Positions 47,721-64,000 of a DNA stretch of 64,000 bases are shown one piece after another. Where the stretch lies: contig CM022674.1 of assembly GCA_012295275.1 (NCBI GenBank), positions 16,678,001-16,742,000 on the forward strand, in the 5' to 3' direction. Source of the DNA: Chrysomallon squamiferum. Its lineage: Eukaryota; Animalia; Mollusca. The translations under genes were made by a program, and so were the position numbers. Under the pieces are notes generated by a model. It made no database searches. It worked only from the letters and a program-made list of their open reading frames with translations, and was not told where the DNA came from. Position 1 is the stretch's first letter. Each line of letters begins with the position of its first letter.

Positions 47721-49938
47721 GTAATCAGTTCTGACAAAAATGGAATAGAGATAAATAGTTAACAAAGAAATCAAATATATTTTAACAAATTATTAAAAGG
47801 ATAATGAAGTAATAGTTTGTAATGATTTTATTCTCAAGTTTCAATCATGCCTCTAGTAGGCACACTATCACAGTAAATTTAGAAGTTAATTTCACTGATA
47901 ATTAATTACAAACATTCATCTGAAAATTAATAATCATTAAACATAATTATTATTAATAAGACCATTTGAAATAACTATTTCAAATGTTCTTATTAATAAT
48001 TGTAATGTTTAATAGTAACAAATTACATTTAATTTAATATGCACGTATACAGAATAATTTTTCAGCTATAATTATTATCAACACCGAAATGTAAAACGAA
48101 AATTATAACAAATTAGGAATAAGGTGAACTCTTTCAGTGACTGATAAATCAGTCATATTTTAGGTCTAACCTGAAACTGTTGTGACATTTGATGCAACAC
48201 ACTGACTGAATTTCATCTAATTTTATCACAGTTCAGTTATTTCCCATTCAGCGACAATATTTACCACAATAATGAAAGCGATAAGCACGTCATCCATATG
48301 CAACACTTATAACTAATATGCAAATACAGTTTTTAGCAATATGCAAATGTTATATAATACGAACAAGCATATGTATCCTTATTAGTATAATAATATATCA
48401 TAAATTCTAATGCAAAAATAAAAGAAATACTTATTATAAATATGCAAATTAAAGTAATCATAATAATAATATATTACATATGGAGAAATGCAAAATATTT
48501 ATTATCATATTTTTTTCTGGATATTCAAGTGATCAAATGCTATACTTATTATTAAAATATATTATGTAAAATATTTATTATATTATATTTTTTCCTGAAT
48601 ATTCAAGTAAAAAATATAAGAAATTATGAATGATCAAATGTTTATAATAAAAATAAATAAATAAATGAATAAACGAAACACAAATAATCAAATAAACATA
48701 TCAACGAATAAACAATAAAGACAATTAAAGAACATACAAATAAATAAACAGTCAAACAGACAATAAAAGAAAAAAAATAAATAAATAAATTAATTAATAA
48801 AAAAAAATTCTATTAAAGAGATAATAAGAAATATTTATTAAATCTGGAATCAACAATGGGAAAACTTTCAGGTATTTTTCCTTCACAAAACATATTTTTA
48901 TATCAGCAGCGAGGTATCTTTTACAAACTGTTTTATACAGTGTACAACAACATACTATAGTTTTTGTATATAAAGTCACACAAACAAATACGAATGTAAT
49001 AAAACAAAGTTTCTGTTCAAACCAATAAAGTAGGTTACATATATATAACCTGAGAAATAGTCATTAATAATACAATTTAATTACTTTATAGATGAAAGTG
49101 GAATATTCTATCATATCAAAAAAAAAAAAAAAAATAAAAAAAAAAAAAAAAAAAAAAAAAAAATGTAGGAAATAAATAATTCACGTGGTTTCATATTTTA
49201 GCTTAATGCTCTGTATACATCATTAGAAAAATGTTATGGACGTGTACTGGTGTGTTTGAGCATATGAACATGGGGTGGGTAGATCGATGATACATTGGTG
49301 GATAGACAGACAGAAGGATTACTGAAATCCTGGAAAATTAAGAAATGTTTATTTTTCAAGTGATTTATTTTTCTATAAAATCCTTTTGCTGGCTAAAGAA
49401 ACACGATGCAAAGATAACTACAACAGAAAAGGAAAACAAAACAAAGAGACACATAACCACTACATTATTAATTACATTAATCATATTCACCGTAGCATCA
49501 AATACTTCAGCTCTCAGTAGAAAACAGAAGTTTACGTCATACGGTTAATTTGTTTCGGGGTTTTACTTAGTTTGATAGCCTGCAACAGCAAAATGTTAAG
49601 TTGTAGATTTATCATTAGCTAGAAGCCGATACAGCAACAAGATTGTGTAATCAGTACGAGATTGGTTGATTGAATTTAACACGTGTGGTTTACGAGGAAC
49701 AGTTCTTTAAGAAAATATTTTCAAACCTCCTGAAACTCTTACAAAATATCTATCAGCTATTGTTTGATGTTAATTGTTGATTCTCTTTGAACAGAAACAG
49801 ATTTGGTGAAAATTCTTAGAAAATTTAGTAGAAATAAATAATAGCTTATTTGGCTCTGTGAAATAACAATTAAAATCTCTGTATGCAATTATACTGATTT
49901 TGTTCTGAACAGAAGATAGCACTGAAATCATTGATAAA

Positions 49939-50850
49939 ATGCAGATACTGAGAAAGATGCACGGGATACTTTTCTGCCTTTTAGCATGTCTGATAATTGT
50001 TGTTTTTACTGACAATTCTGTGTTTAGTACTCGTAAGACTTTCCGAAACTTACCAAAGTAGAAAAGTAAAACAACGGCAGAAAATCCATCAAACTAATTG
50101 AATGTGTCCGATAAACTCCACTGTATCACAGAATGTTCCACCTACGTCGGTTGTAAAGGTTTCGTATATAACAACGGCTACGACATGTGCTCTCTGTACT
50201 GTAAAACACTGACATCTCTTTCGTTTGTTAGCGAGGCAGAAACAGAATCACATGTTATAATATATCCGTATTCGTTTGTGTTTTTCTGTCTTTAGATTCT
50301 TGATTTATATACGTATTCCTTTGTTTATTTACTATTACTATGTATATTTATTGCAAGCAGGCTTTGTTTTATATATATATTTTATTCCTTTAATACCACA
50401 TTGGCGATAACGATTTTACATACATTATCTACTACAAGTTTCACTATTGATTATGTTATTAGGTGACTTTTCGAATTCCGACTACTACAGCTGTTATTTT
50501 TATTACTTTTATCATTATTATTATTATTATTATTATTACTAGTACTACTATAATGTTCCATCTGACAAGGTAAAGATAATGTTATTATTATAGAAAGTGT
50601 TCTCTCTATCTGTGTAGAGATAAATGTTATTATTATTACAGAAAGTGTTCCAACTAACACTGTATAGATAATTAATGCTATCATTGTTTTAGAAAGAATT
50701 CAGTCTGACTGTCTAGAAATAATTAATGTTATTATTAGAGAAAATGTTCCCTCTGACTGTGAAAAGATAATTTATGTTGTTGTTATTCCAGAAAGTGTTC
50801 CCTCTGACTGTAGAGATGCTTATGAATGGAGCAATACGTAGTAGGAGTTA
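49939..50850 (+). pseudogene. Inverted PAN-FReD paralog: exon 1 (49939-~50254, in-frame stops) plus amplified exon-2 start
   Basis: MQILRKMHGILFCLLACLIIVVF..RKTFRNLPK*..SN*LNVSDKLHCITECSTYVGCKGFVYNNGYDMCSLY, homologous to 62225-61910. Confidence 0.85.
50553..50830 (+). repeat. About 6 tandem ~45-51-bp copies of the intron 1/exon 2 acceptor junction
   Basis: (gttattatta)yag|aaagtgttccctctgactgt..gagataatt units match the exon-2 start ESVPSDC.EII of the intact gene. Confidence 0.8.
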
Positions 50851-50974
50851 AAAAGGGAAGTTTTTGATCAGACCACGTAAATAATAATAACAATAATACA
50901 AGTGTTTAGTGTCTGGTTAAGTTTTTGATTTGATTTGATTTCATTTGATTTTAGTATTTGTTTTTTTTTATTTA

Positions 50975-51035
<61 letters not shown>

Positions 51036-52559
51036 GTTCATTTATTTACTTTTTATTTATTTTTTTATTCATTTATGTATAATAGCAATGCGCAGTCAGA
51101 AGAAAACTAAGCACAGTAGAACTTATCGAACTGCATTCAAATAAATAATGTATTTTTCTTCACCTGTTTTGTTATTTTTCAAATTGACTAAAATTACACT
51201 GATCAATCTATATATGACCATCCACTGAACTGAGTCACGTGGGATCAATTGAACCGACTTTCCCAGTAATGTTTTGTCTTCAAAGAGATGATGTTATTTA
51301 AAACATTTATGTGTTTTTACATAAACTAGATATTGTGTTTACAATCAGCCTCATATACATATATATATGTGTGTGGATGTGTGTGTGCGTGGTGTGTTTA
51401 TTTATTTCTTATGTTTAGTAGTAGTAGTAGTAGTGGTAGTGGTAGTAGTAGTAATATTTATATTAGTATTGTTTTGTTGATTGTTTGTTTCCTGTTGCTT
51501 TAATGAAAGTGTTTTTTAGAATTATTAATACTTTTTTATATATAATCATTCTCGTTTTATAACCAATGAACAAAAAACAACAAAAAACAAACAGATAAAT
51601 AAATAAATACATGAAGCATAAACATATTTTCCTTTTATTACAGACAGAATAGCAAACAACTTAAAAATCAGAATCAACACTGGTAGAAGTTTCACGAATT
51701 TTTCCTTCACAAAATACACTTTTATATTAGCAGCTAGGAACCTATTACAAACTCTTTAATACAGTACAGCTCATACCAACAGAAACAAACACGAATGTGA
51801 AGGTGAAAAAAAGACTGGCTAAAGCCGGGATCGATTCTTATAATCTACCGATATCAGGCAAACGTTTCAAATATCAGTAATAGTTCTCATCTTGTTTTAT
51901 TGTCATAAACATATCTTTATCTAGAAAACAAATTAAAATAAAACAGTTCAGCAACATTTTTGTATGTAAATTTACATTTAACAACTTTTTCCAAAGAAAA
52001 CAAATATAAAATTAAATTTCACGTCTTATAAATTTACCTTTAGCAACTGTTTCAAAATTAGTAGTTGATGAATTTATATCAATTAAAAGCTAAAACACAT
52101 TAATAATTCAAACATTTTCTTTCATATTTTTCTTTCAAATGGCTTTCCTTTTTTTCATTAATTTGACAAACTGTATTTCTTTTTTTCTTTTTTTATTTGA
52201 ATGGCATTATTTTGAATAATAAAACATTCCTCACACTTGGAATTGTGTTTTATATTTTTGTTTTATTTGTCTAGTTAATAATTTGTTTTCATTAGGCTAG
52301 TACTATTGTTTCATTACAAAACATTTTTTCGTCAAACACGGAGACCGTCGAATTTTCAACATAGTTTCAGTGGAAAACAGAATACGACCATACTTTCATA
52401 ACAGTTATAATTGAAAACTGAACATGTTCAAATTTTTATTACAGTTGTAATTGACGAAAGAAGATAACTGGATTTGAATTACACATATAAGTCAAAACAG
52501 AAGATGGTCAAATTGTCGTTACAATTTCAGATAAAAAGAGATCATGATCGAATTTAATT

Positions 52560-54019
52560 AAGGTTGTTGTACCCCCAGCCTCCCTTATAACCATTAGAAC
52601 ATGCGTTACCATTGTCCATTGTAGAGAATCTCATACCACTGTGACGAACGTTATCTGTTACAGTGTTTATCAGGGCATCATCTGCAAGTAAACATTCTAT
52701 AATTATCAGAATCACATTCGGGTCAATCAGTTTTCTAACATAAAACACCCGTATCAACGACGACGACTACGATGATGACACTATTCTTTAAACGTAAGGT
52801 TTAAAACTAGTTTACTGTTTTTTCTTTTCAGTGAGGTAAACATTATAAATCTCATGTGGTACTCCTTTGTGAGCTTGAGACAGTTTTATTTGTTTCATGT
52901 TTTCTATCCTCCTTTTAGCTGATTACTGAGTGTCGTATAGAAAATAGCTCTGAATGTTAACAACTATTCTTTTATAGAAGTGGTTGATACCCATGGACGG
53001 CATCTAACAAGTCTCAACAATTCTCTCTCCTCTCTAATTGTTGTCTTACGGGGTCTCCTATGTCTTGGACAATCTTTAGAAACCTGTTATGGTAGCTGTG
53101 TGTTTTGTTTAACAGTCTTGAAATGATGGATATACTGCGCGCAAGTTGACATCCGAATAGTATGAGGAGAATTCCTGGATCTCTCATGCCAATCAGTTGC
53201 CACATTGTAGTCTCAAAACGTACAACGTGCCAATTCACCACAGTTATAGTTCTGAATATTCGGAGCAAACTGACAAGTCAGAAAGTAATGACTATAACCT
53301 TGATTACTGTTTACATGAACAAAAAAGCATATTGTTTTTTCGAAATATAGATATGAACTGTTTACAGATAATTTTAATATACTGTTATATTAATCGATTA
53401 TTTTTATTGTTATCGTTCTGGTTGTTTAGAATTCTATACATTTATTTTAGAAATGTATTAGAATTGTATGTATTTAGTTATTTATTTATTTATCCATTCA
53501 TTCATTGATTTATTTTACTTTTTATTGCTTTATTTATTATAGAAAATTATTCTTATCATTAGAATTATTATTGTTGTTGTTGTATTTATTTCAAATTACC
53601 TGTACTTCCGTTGTATTTTTTAGTGATAACTGATACAAAATAATCTTCTGCAGTCATAAAGACATTTTTGTAGACAGCAAAAGTCGCGTTTCCCTCAAAA
53701 TGTTTCAAGTCAATTTTCAGATCGTAGTAACCCTATCTGGTCAACCGATGTATGTTCTCATTTACTGGCAAGATAAATCAGATTGATAATCGATAAATCC
53801 ACTGTTCAATGAATGAACATTATGTTTGTTTGTATGATCTGTTTTCACTGATATTACCAAAATGATGTTTTTGTTTTTAATAACTCATACGCACATAAAC
53901 ACACACACACACACACACATCTTTTGATATATTATATTTGTGAACTCACCCACTTAACCTACCGTTTTTCTTTACATTTTAATATATATATATTATATAT
54001 ATCCAAATATATATACTCT

Positions 54020-54079
<60 letters not shown>

Positions 54080-54793
54080 AAGATAATAATATATGAAATG
54101 GAAAGGAAAGAAAATTAATAAAAGTATTTCTCAAACTTACAAGCCAACCGCTATCATTCTCAGATGATACGCTCTGATTGGGCTGCCATTGTCACGTGGT
54201 ACCATTGTATAAACTCCGCTTGTTTTACCTCCATTCATAATTATCTCTACACAGTCAGACGGAACACTTTCTGTAATAATAACAACAACAACAGTGATGA
54301 TAACGCTAGTTTATGAATTCTTATTCAAAAAGAAGAAATGCATAATTCAGGAATAAATGTATACAAATAAATGCATATATAAACACATAGACTTATTAAC
54401 AAACACACATTCATATGAGCAAAACAATTCGTATTTTTCTAAATGTATTTGTATATAAGTAAACAAACAAACCACAACTTACCATAATATTCTGTTTCTG
54501 TTGCACTAACAATCGAAAGAGAAGTCAGTGGTTCACTGTACAGAGAACACTTGCCGTTGCCGTTGTTGTAGATGAAACCTCTTCAACCGACGTAGTCGGA
54601 GCATTCTGTCACGCAGTAGACTTTACTGGACACTTTCAATTCTTTTGAAGGGTCTTCTGCATGTTTCTTATCGTTGTGGGAACTTTCGAATAGTCTTACG
54701 AGTGCAAAGCTCGGAATTGAAAAAAGAAACAACGATTATCATATATGCTAAAACACAGAATATTATCTCGTGGATCTTTTTCATTATTTTCAT
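52560..54793 (-). pseudogene. PAN-FReD paralog pseudogene (exon 1 54793-54483, exon 2 54270-54141, exon 3 deleted, exon 4 ~53767-53600, exon 5 truncated ~52681-52560)
   Basis: Homologous to the intact gene. 5-nt deletion and TGA in exon 1, 7-nt deletion in exon 2 (130 vs 137 nt), TAG in exon 4. Confidence 0.9.
52880..53240 (-). mobile_element. Tc1/mariner transposase N-terminal relic in FReD intron 4
   Basis: TMWQLIGMRDPG..FGCQLARSISIISRLLNK / VSKDCPRHRRPRKTTIREERELLRLVRCRPW..TTLSNQLK, a paired-like HTH plus (G)RPR linker. Confidence 0.7.
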
Positions 54794-55900
54794 AAAATAT
54801 TGATTTGTTCTACTAGTATTTCCAAGAGACTGTCACTATAAAACTGAACTTTTTAAGTTTGTGCTTTCAGTCCAGAGCAGAACTATCTCATTCTGTTAAA
54901 TAAAACCTTTCTTGAATAATTGCTATTAATTTTCGCAGTTCAACTGAAATATATAGAAGCCAAACAGAATAGTAATCAGATTTAGTAAACAAGTTTTTGA
55001 TATTGAAGATGGATGGTTTAATTAGTAATGTAGTGATTATGTTGTTGTTTTTCTGTATAATTCGTATTGATTCTTTCTATTCAGTTGAAAGAAATAGAAG
55101 CGGACCATAATTGTTTATTCGTTTAATAGTCATCAGGGAAATGATCATTTGAAATATGATTTGTACATCTTTGAAAATTAATATTTACGCTTGCTGAACT
55201 AGCAGAATCTCTCATATTTTCCCTCTGTTTTTGCCTGGTCTTGATTTCTTGTTTCTTTATGTATTGCTTTAGGGTCTGGTTTTAGCTAAACATTCTGTTT
55301 TTATATTTTTTTGCTGCATCTTTGTGTTTTGGTGTTTTTTTTATTCGGGGTGGTGGGCTGTTGATATGGTTGTTTTGTTTATTTGTTTTTGATTTGGTTC
55401 TCTATTTATATTTGAGTTATTTTGTTGTTTTTATTGTTCTTATTGTTCGTATATTTTATTAATATATATTTTTCAGTCTGTATCGTGTGGGCTGTATAAT
55501 ATAAATAAAATAAAATAAATAATTCCTTCTTTTCCAGGATTTCAATAATCCGTCTATCTATCAACTAATGTATCATCTATCCACACACCCATCTTCATAT
55601 ACTGAATCACAACGGTGCATGTACATACATTTTGACTAAAGATATATATAGAGAGAGTATTAAGTTAGAACATTAAACCAAGTGAATTATTTATTTCATA
55701 CTCTTTGTGTGATATGATCGAATATTCAAGTTACATTTAAGTAATTTAATTCTAGTATTATTATTTTCACACAGATATTATTAGTTTTATTGTGTATGTA
55801 TGTATGTATATATGTATGTATGTATGACTGTATGTATCTGTTTATGTATGTATATGTGTTTGTTGCTACGATATGTACTGGGGCATATATATATATATCA

Positions 55901-55944
<44 letters not shown>

Positions 55945-56329
55945 TACATACATACATACATACATACATATAAATGTAACGTAGGACAAATCAATTTCTA
56001 GTATGTTCAATGCAACCACAGCATCATCAGTTATGATTATTAAATAAATTATTGTGGACTCTTTAACAGAACTGTGATAATAATTACTCATTTACTTGTT
56101 TTCATATTTACAGTATTCTTTCTAATATCATTAATATTAGTACTATAATACTTTTGTTATTGCTAATTTATTGTTATTACTGTTATTATTAGTGATGTTC
56201 TTGCTAGTGTTACAATTGTTATTATGATAACAATAAAGAGAAAATTTGTCACCTTTTATTTTTTTTCATTATATATAAATGATTAAGCAGTTTGTTCAGC
56301 CACAGAAGTCTGCAAAGGTATTCAATAAT

Positions 56330-57130
56330 AGCATGTTTTGTTGCGAAAAATATTAATCTATATCTCAAGATATTTGTCCTGTTTTAAGCTGATGACACTT
56401 TGCTACTAGGGCAACACAAAATTATTTACAGCATCAACTGCATTGTTTTGAAATGTATTGTAGAACATGGAAATTAAAAGTTAAAGCTGAGAATCCAAAA
56501 CATTATTTTTCTTCCAGAGGCAATTTGAAAACAGATTTACATATAATAATATGGAAATAGAAATTGTCGTTCAGGTTAAATGCCTCGGGCTTGTTTTAAT
56601 TAAATGTGGATCCTTCATAAACGCTAACAAAGATTTATTCAATATAGATTCAAACTCAGTGTTTGCTGCATTAGAAAAGTGTATTTGTTAATTTATCAAT
56701 CAAATGTCGGTTAGATTAGTTTTTACAAGATTGTAAACCAGTTTTATTATATGAATTAGAGAGATATCCATTTTCTATGAGTGTTACAATAAGAATGATT
56801 ACATTTGGGCAAAGACTGTTAACTGTAAACAGTACCAATTGTCTAGCTTACTATGTATGTTTGTATCTTATAACCATACCATAAATGCTATATCAATTCC
56901 ATGGTTATCTTCTATAAAAGCTATTCTAGATAAATCTGTCTATGTAACATGTATTCATGTGTCTGTTTCGTGGTTAAAATACGCTGTTAAAATAATTTGT
57001 ATGATCAGTTATCTTAAAAATAGAATACCACAAAAGTTGAGTCATCTAAAGGCATTTAATACAGAATGATTAAATTAGAACATCCATTATATGCAAATAC
57101 TTTATCAAAACGATTAACCGATTATATATC
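56330..57130 (+). mobile_element. Second copy of the RTE-like LINE relic
   Basis: FVLF*ADDTLLLG (broken YADD)..LQHQLHCFEMYCRTWKLKV; homologous to 47030-47720. Confidence 0.8.
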
Positions 57131-57495
57131 TACGTTAGCCTATTGAAACGATAAACAAAGTTATATTTATTATTACTATTGGAAAGTACGTATATCTATA
57201 TGAAAATAAACAAAGTTATATATATCTTAACTTAAGGGAAAAATAATCAAAATTATATGTTAGCCTATAGGAAAAAATATTTACACCTTGAGCATGAAAA
57301 CCTATATGCCACATTCATATCAGGGCCGTACGATAAACGAAAGGCTATGTTATATCTCTATGCCACTACTATTACTGTGATACAATTTTATCGTGAGTCA
57401 AATAAATAAAGGAAACAAGGATGAACATTTAGTTTTTATAGAGGTAGAATAATAATCGTGAGAACTCAGCAAGAGCAAAGTGAAGCTCTTCTGCA

Positions 57496-57538
<43 letters not shown>

Positions 57539-59619
57539 TGTTGTTGGTTCTACTTTTTGCACTAAATTCTGAGGAAATGTTCTTCATCATTGTCTGTGTT
57601 TGAAATTCATGCTGTCTATATTCTGAATAACTATTTTTATTTTACATTAGATTCACCTTCTCTCCATTATTCAATAATAATAATAATTATTATAATAAAC
57701 TATTCAAAAGTAAAAAAGATTTTTTAATTCGCAAAAATCATGATTATTGACTGATTTTTCAGCAGACCTTTTTAAAAGAAACAAATCAAAGACATTTTAC
57801 AAATTATTGAAAAAATAATGAGTAAACAGATTGTAATTTTCTTCCGTTGTCAGTGTTCAATCATGTCTGTACTGGGCACCCTATTCGAGTAAATTTAGAA
57901 ATTAATTTCACTGATAATAATTACAAACATTTAATTGAAAATCAATAATCATGAAACATAATTATTATTAATAAGCATATATGTTATACAAATTATAATA
58001 ATAAATTACATTTAATTTAAAATGTACAATAATGATTATCAATATTATAATATAAAATTATCTTAATAATAACAAATTACATTTAGTTTAAAATGCACTT
58101 AAATAGAGTAATTGTTATATCATAACTATTATCAATATGAAAATGTAAAACAATAATTATTGTAGCAAATTAGGAATAAGCTTAACACATTCAATGGCAG
58201 ATAAATCAGTCAGGATTTCAATGGTAACCTGAAACCTTTCTGATCTTTGATCCAATACAATGGAATTCATCTGGTTTTATCACAGTTAAGTTATTTCCCA
58301 TTCAGTGACAATTATGACCTCACAGATGGAGGGGAAAACCCTATCTAATAATATATTATTAATAAGAAAAAATATATATGTTTTCTATTATTATTATTAT
58401 TTTATAAATATGCAAATGCGAAATATTACAAATAAGCATATGTATTATTAGTAGTATAACAATATATTATCAGTTATAATGTAAAAATGAAACAATAACT
58501 TAAATATGCAAATTAAAGTAATTATTACAATAATGTATTATGTATGTTAAATATTTCTTTTATCATATTTCTTTATGAATATTCAAATGTAAGATATAAG
58601 AAATCATGAACGATAAATTGTTAATGAAAAATAGGTAAATAAATAAACAAACAAACAAACAAAGAAACACGCAAATAAATAAATAAATCTAGTTAATAAA
58701 TAAATAAATAATAATACATTATTTTATTTCTATTAAATAGATAATAGAAATATTTTCAAATCTAGAATCAAAACTGGTAGAAATTTCAAATAGTTTTACA
58801 TTTACAAAATACGTTTTTATATCAGCTTCGAGGAATTATTTACAAACTGTTTATACAGTATACAACACATACTACATGTTTTTTTACATAGAATCACAAA
58901 AAACAAGCACGAATGAAGCTGGGATAAATCCTTATAATCAATACACAGTTATGTGGCAAAACTTTTAGATATCAGTAATAATTCATATTGTTTAAAATAG
59001 TATTTTAAATTTATCTTTATCCAAAACACGAATAAATGTCTTATCAAATTCAACAACTATTGTTTATCTAAATCTGAATTTCTAGTACTTTCCAAAAACA
59101 ACAATTATTAAGTCACATTTAACAACTGTTTTCAAAGACCATTGCTATATTTACATTCAGGAATTGCTTCTAGAATACAGTTTATAAATTTACGTTCTGC
59201 AACTGCTTCAGAAATAGTAGTTTATATATTCAAATTTTAAAAGTTTCCAAAGGTACGTTGTAAAATTAACATTTAAAAACCATTTGCAAAGACATAACTT
59301 ACAAATTTAAGTAATAAATAAAACACTTTCAAATAATCTAGCAACACAAAATTAAATAAACAATTCAACCTTTTTTTAAAAAATATATTGCTTTTCTTTA
59401 TGAGTTTCAATATATAGACTATAAAACATCATTAAAATGGAATTTTTTTCTCTTCCTTTATTTTTATTTTAAATCTCCAGTGATCAATTCATATTCATTA
59501 GGCGAATACTACTGTCTCATTTCCAATGAGAAAGCACTTTTAGTTCAAACGAGAAGATGGTCGAATTTTCATTACACTTTTAGTTCAAAACAGAAGATGG
59601 TCGAATTTTCGTCACAGTT

Positions 59620-62225
<2,606 letters not shown>

Positions 62226-63294
62226 TTTACCAACGATTTCAGTGCTGAAATTTGTTTATCTTCTGTTCAGAAATTAATTAATCCTATTGCATCAAGAAAT
62301 TTTAATCGTTATTTCACAGAGCCAAATAAACTATTGTTTAGTTCTACTGGTGTTTCCAAGCAATTTCATAAATTCTGTTTCTGGTGATTCCCAAACAGAG
62401 TCAACAATTAGCATCGAAGAACAGCTGATAAATATTTGTGTTAATGTTTCCAGAGGTTTCAAAAATCTGACCAAATGTATCTCTCAGTTTTTTAAAGAAC
62501 TGATCCTACTACAGCCACACGTGTTAAATAAAATCAACTACAGTTTTTAGTAACCAATATCTTTTTGGTTACACAACCTTTTTACTGTTAAGTCTTTACC
62601 ACTTTACTCTCGCCTGCAGTCTAGCATGGTAAAACCCTGAAACACTTTAACCGTTTCATACAAACTTCTGTTTTCTATGCAGAGCTCAAGTATTTGATGC
62701 TACAGTGAATATGGTTAATGTAATTAATAATGTAGTACTCCTGCATATTTTTGTATAATTCTTATTGATTTTTTCAATTTAATTGAACGACATTTAAGAC
62801 TACAAGAATGCAATAGGCATTTACGTTTATTCGAATAACAGCCATCAGCAAAATGATCATTTGAAACATGATTTCTCTATCTTTGAATAATTAATTTGTG
62901 CAGTTGCTCAACTAGCTGGTTTCTTCTTTCTGTCTGCTTTGCTTCAGGGACTGCTTTGGTGTTTTGTTGTTGTATCTTTTGGGGTTGTTTCTTGTTAATT
63001 ATTTATTTTTTTTTTATTTTTTTTTTATTTGTGTGTATTGTGTATATATGTATATGTGTGTGTATGTATATATATATGGGATTAAACAAACACACAATTT
63101 TTTTTTTTTTTCAAGCATTTCAGTAATCCCTGTTTCTGTCTATCCATCCACCAATGCATCTATCGATCTATCCACCCCACATTCATTGATTCGAACACAC
63201 CGATTTTAGTATTAATGTTTTGAAACAGAGCATAGAGATTTATTATGTATGTATGTATGTGTGTGTGAGTTTATACAGTAAAATGTATTAAGTA

Positions 63295-63354
<60 letters not shown>

Positions 63355-63804
63355 ATGTATTTATGTTTGCATGATAATCTGTATGTATTTAGATTATTAA
63401 CATATGTATGTGTTCGTGATGGATTGATACATAGATAGATTTAAATATAAGTGTAGCTTAGGTAGAAACGATTTCTTGAATGTTCAACACAATCGCAGTA
63501 ACAAATTATCATCATTAAGTAATTTAATGTGATCTTTTTAGCAATAATACTTATTGATGATTTACTTTTTCATATTTACAGTATTCTTCTTCTTCTTCTT
63601 CTTATTATTATTATTAGTAATAGTAGTAGTAGTAGTATATTATTATTATTGTTGTTATTTTTGTTTGTTTTACTGTGTTATATTGTTATATTATTATCAA
63701 TGTCATTATCATTATCGTAATCATCGTCAACATCATTTTTCTGTCTTTCTTGACAGTAAATCATATAATCATTAATGAATATATTTTTTCTACATATTTA
63801 TTTT

Positions 63805-64000
63805 GATTTACTGGAAAAAAAGTAAGTCTCGTTTTCGACAGGGTTCTCTACAAACTGGTAACAGTTTTGTACTACATACTTTCATTTCGTTATTAAAAAC
63901 AATGGCAAAATATATTAATATACTAATGGGAAATGTTTCAGAATAATATTTAATATGTACAACGGTAAAAAATCAATAATTGTACATAACGGCTTTGAAT
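63805..64000 (+). mobile_element. Third copy of the RTE-like LINE relic (runs off the window)
   Basis: ttactggaaaaaagtaagtctcgttttcga... and tactaatgggaaatgtttcagaataat match 46468-46720. Confidence 0.75.

Overview
AT-rich, microsatellite-rich, intron-containing animal DNA. It is most likely from an invertebrate such as a mollusc, but that is an inference. There is a 200-N scaffold gap at 16427-16626. Most ORF-track entries are spurious repeat readings, so the real genes were rebuilt by hand from GT-AG exons. The window is a rearranged cluster of immune-type genes. (1) A tandem family of secreted PAN/apple + fibrinogen C-terminal (FReD) genes: one intact 5-exon, 326-aa gene at 59620-62225 (-) and five broken or partial copies. 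(2) An Ig-superfamily type-I receptor with 3 Ig domains, a TM helix and a Tyr-motif tail, frameshifted. (3) A WWE + H-Y-I mono-ADP-ribosyltransferase of the PARP7/11/12 type with premature stops upstream. (4) A PAN + YWTD/LY-like beta-propeller pseudogene. Bases 1-~11850 are an inverted copy of ~16630-34310 across the gap, which is either a real inverted duplication or an uncollapsed haplotype. Also present are relics of MULE/FLYWCH, Tc1, Ginger2/KRBA2-like and RTE-type LINE elements, a TTAGGG-rich satellite, a 3.4-kb 12-bp GC-rich satellite, and a ~4-kb foldback palindrome with a tRNA-like (SINE) head at its centre. No prokaryotic features (CRISPR, rRNA) were seen.
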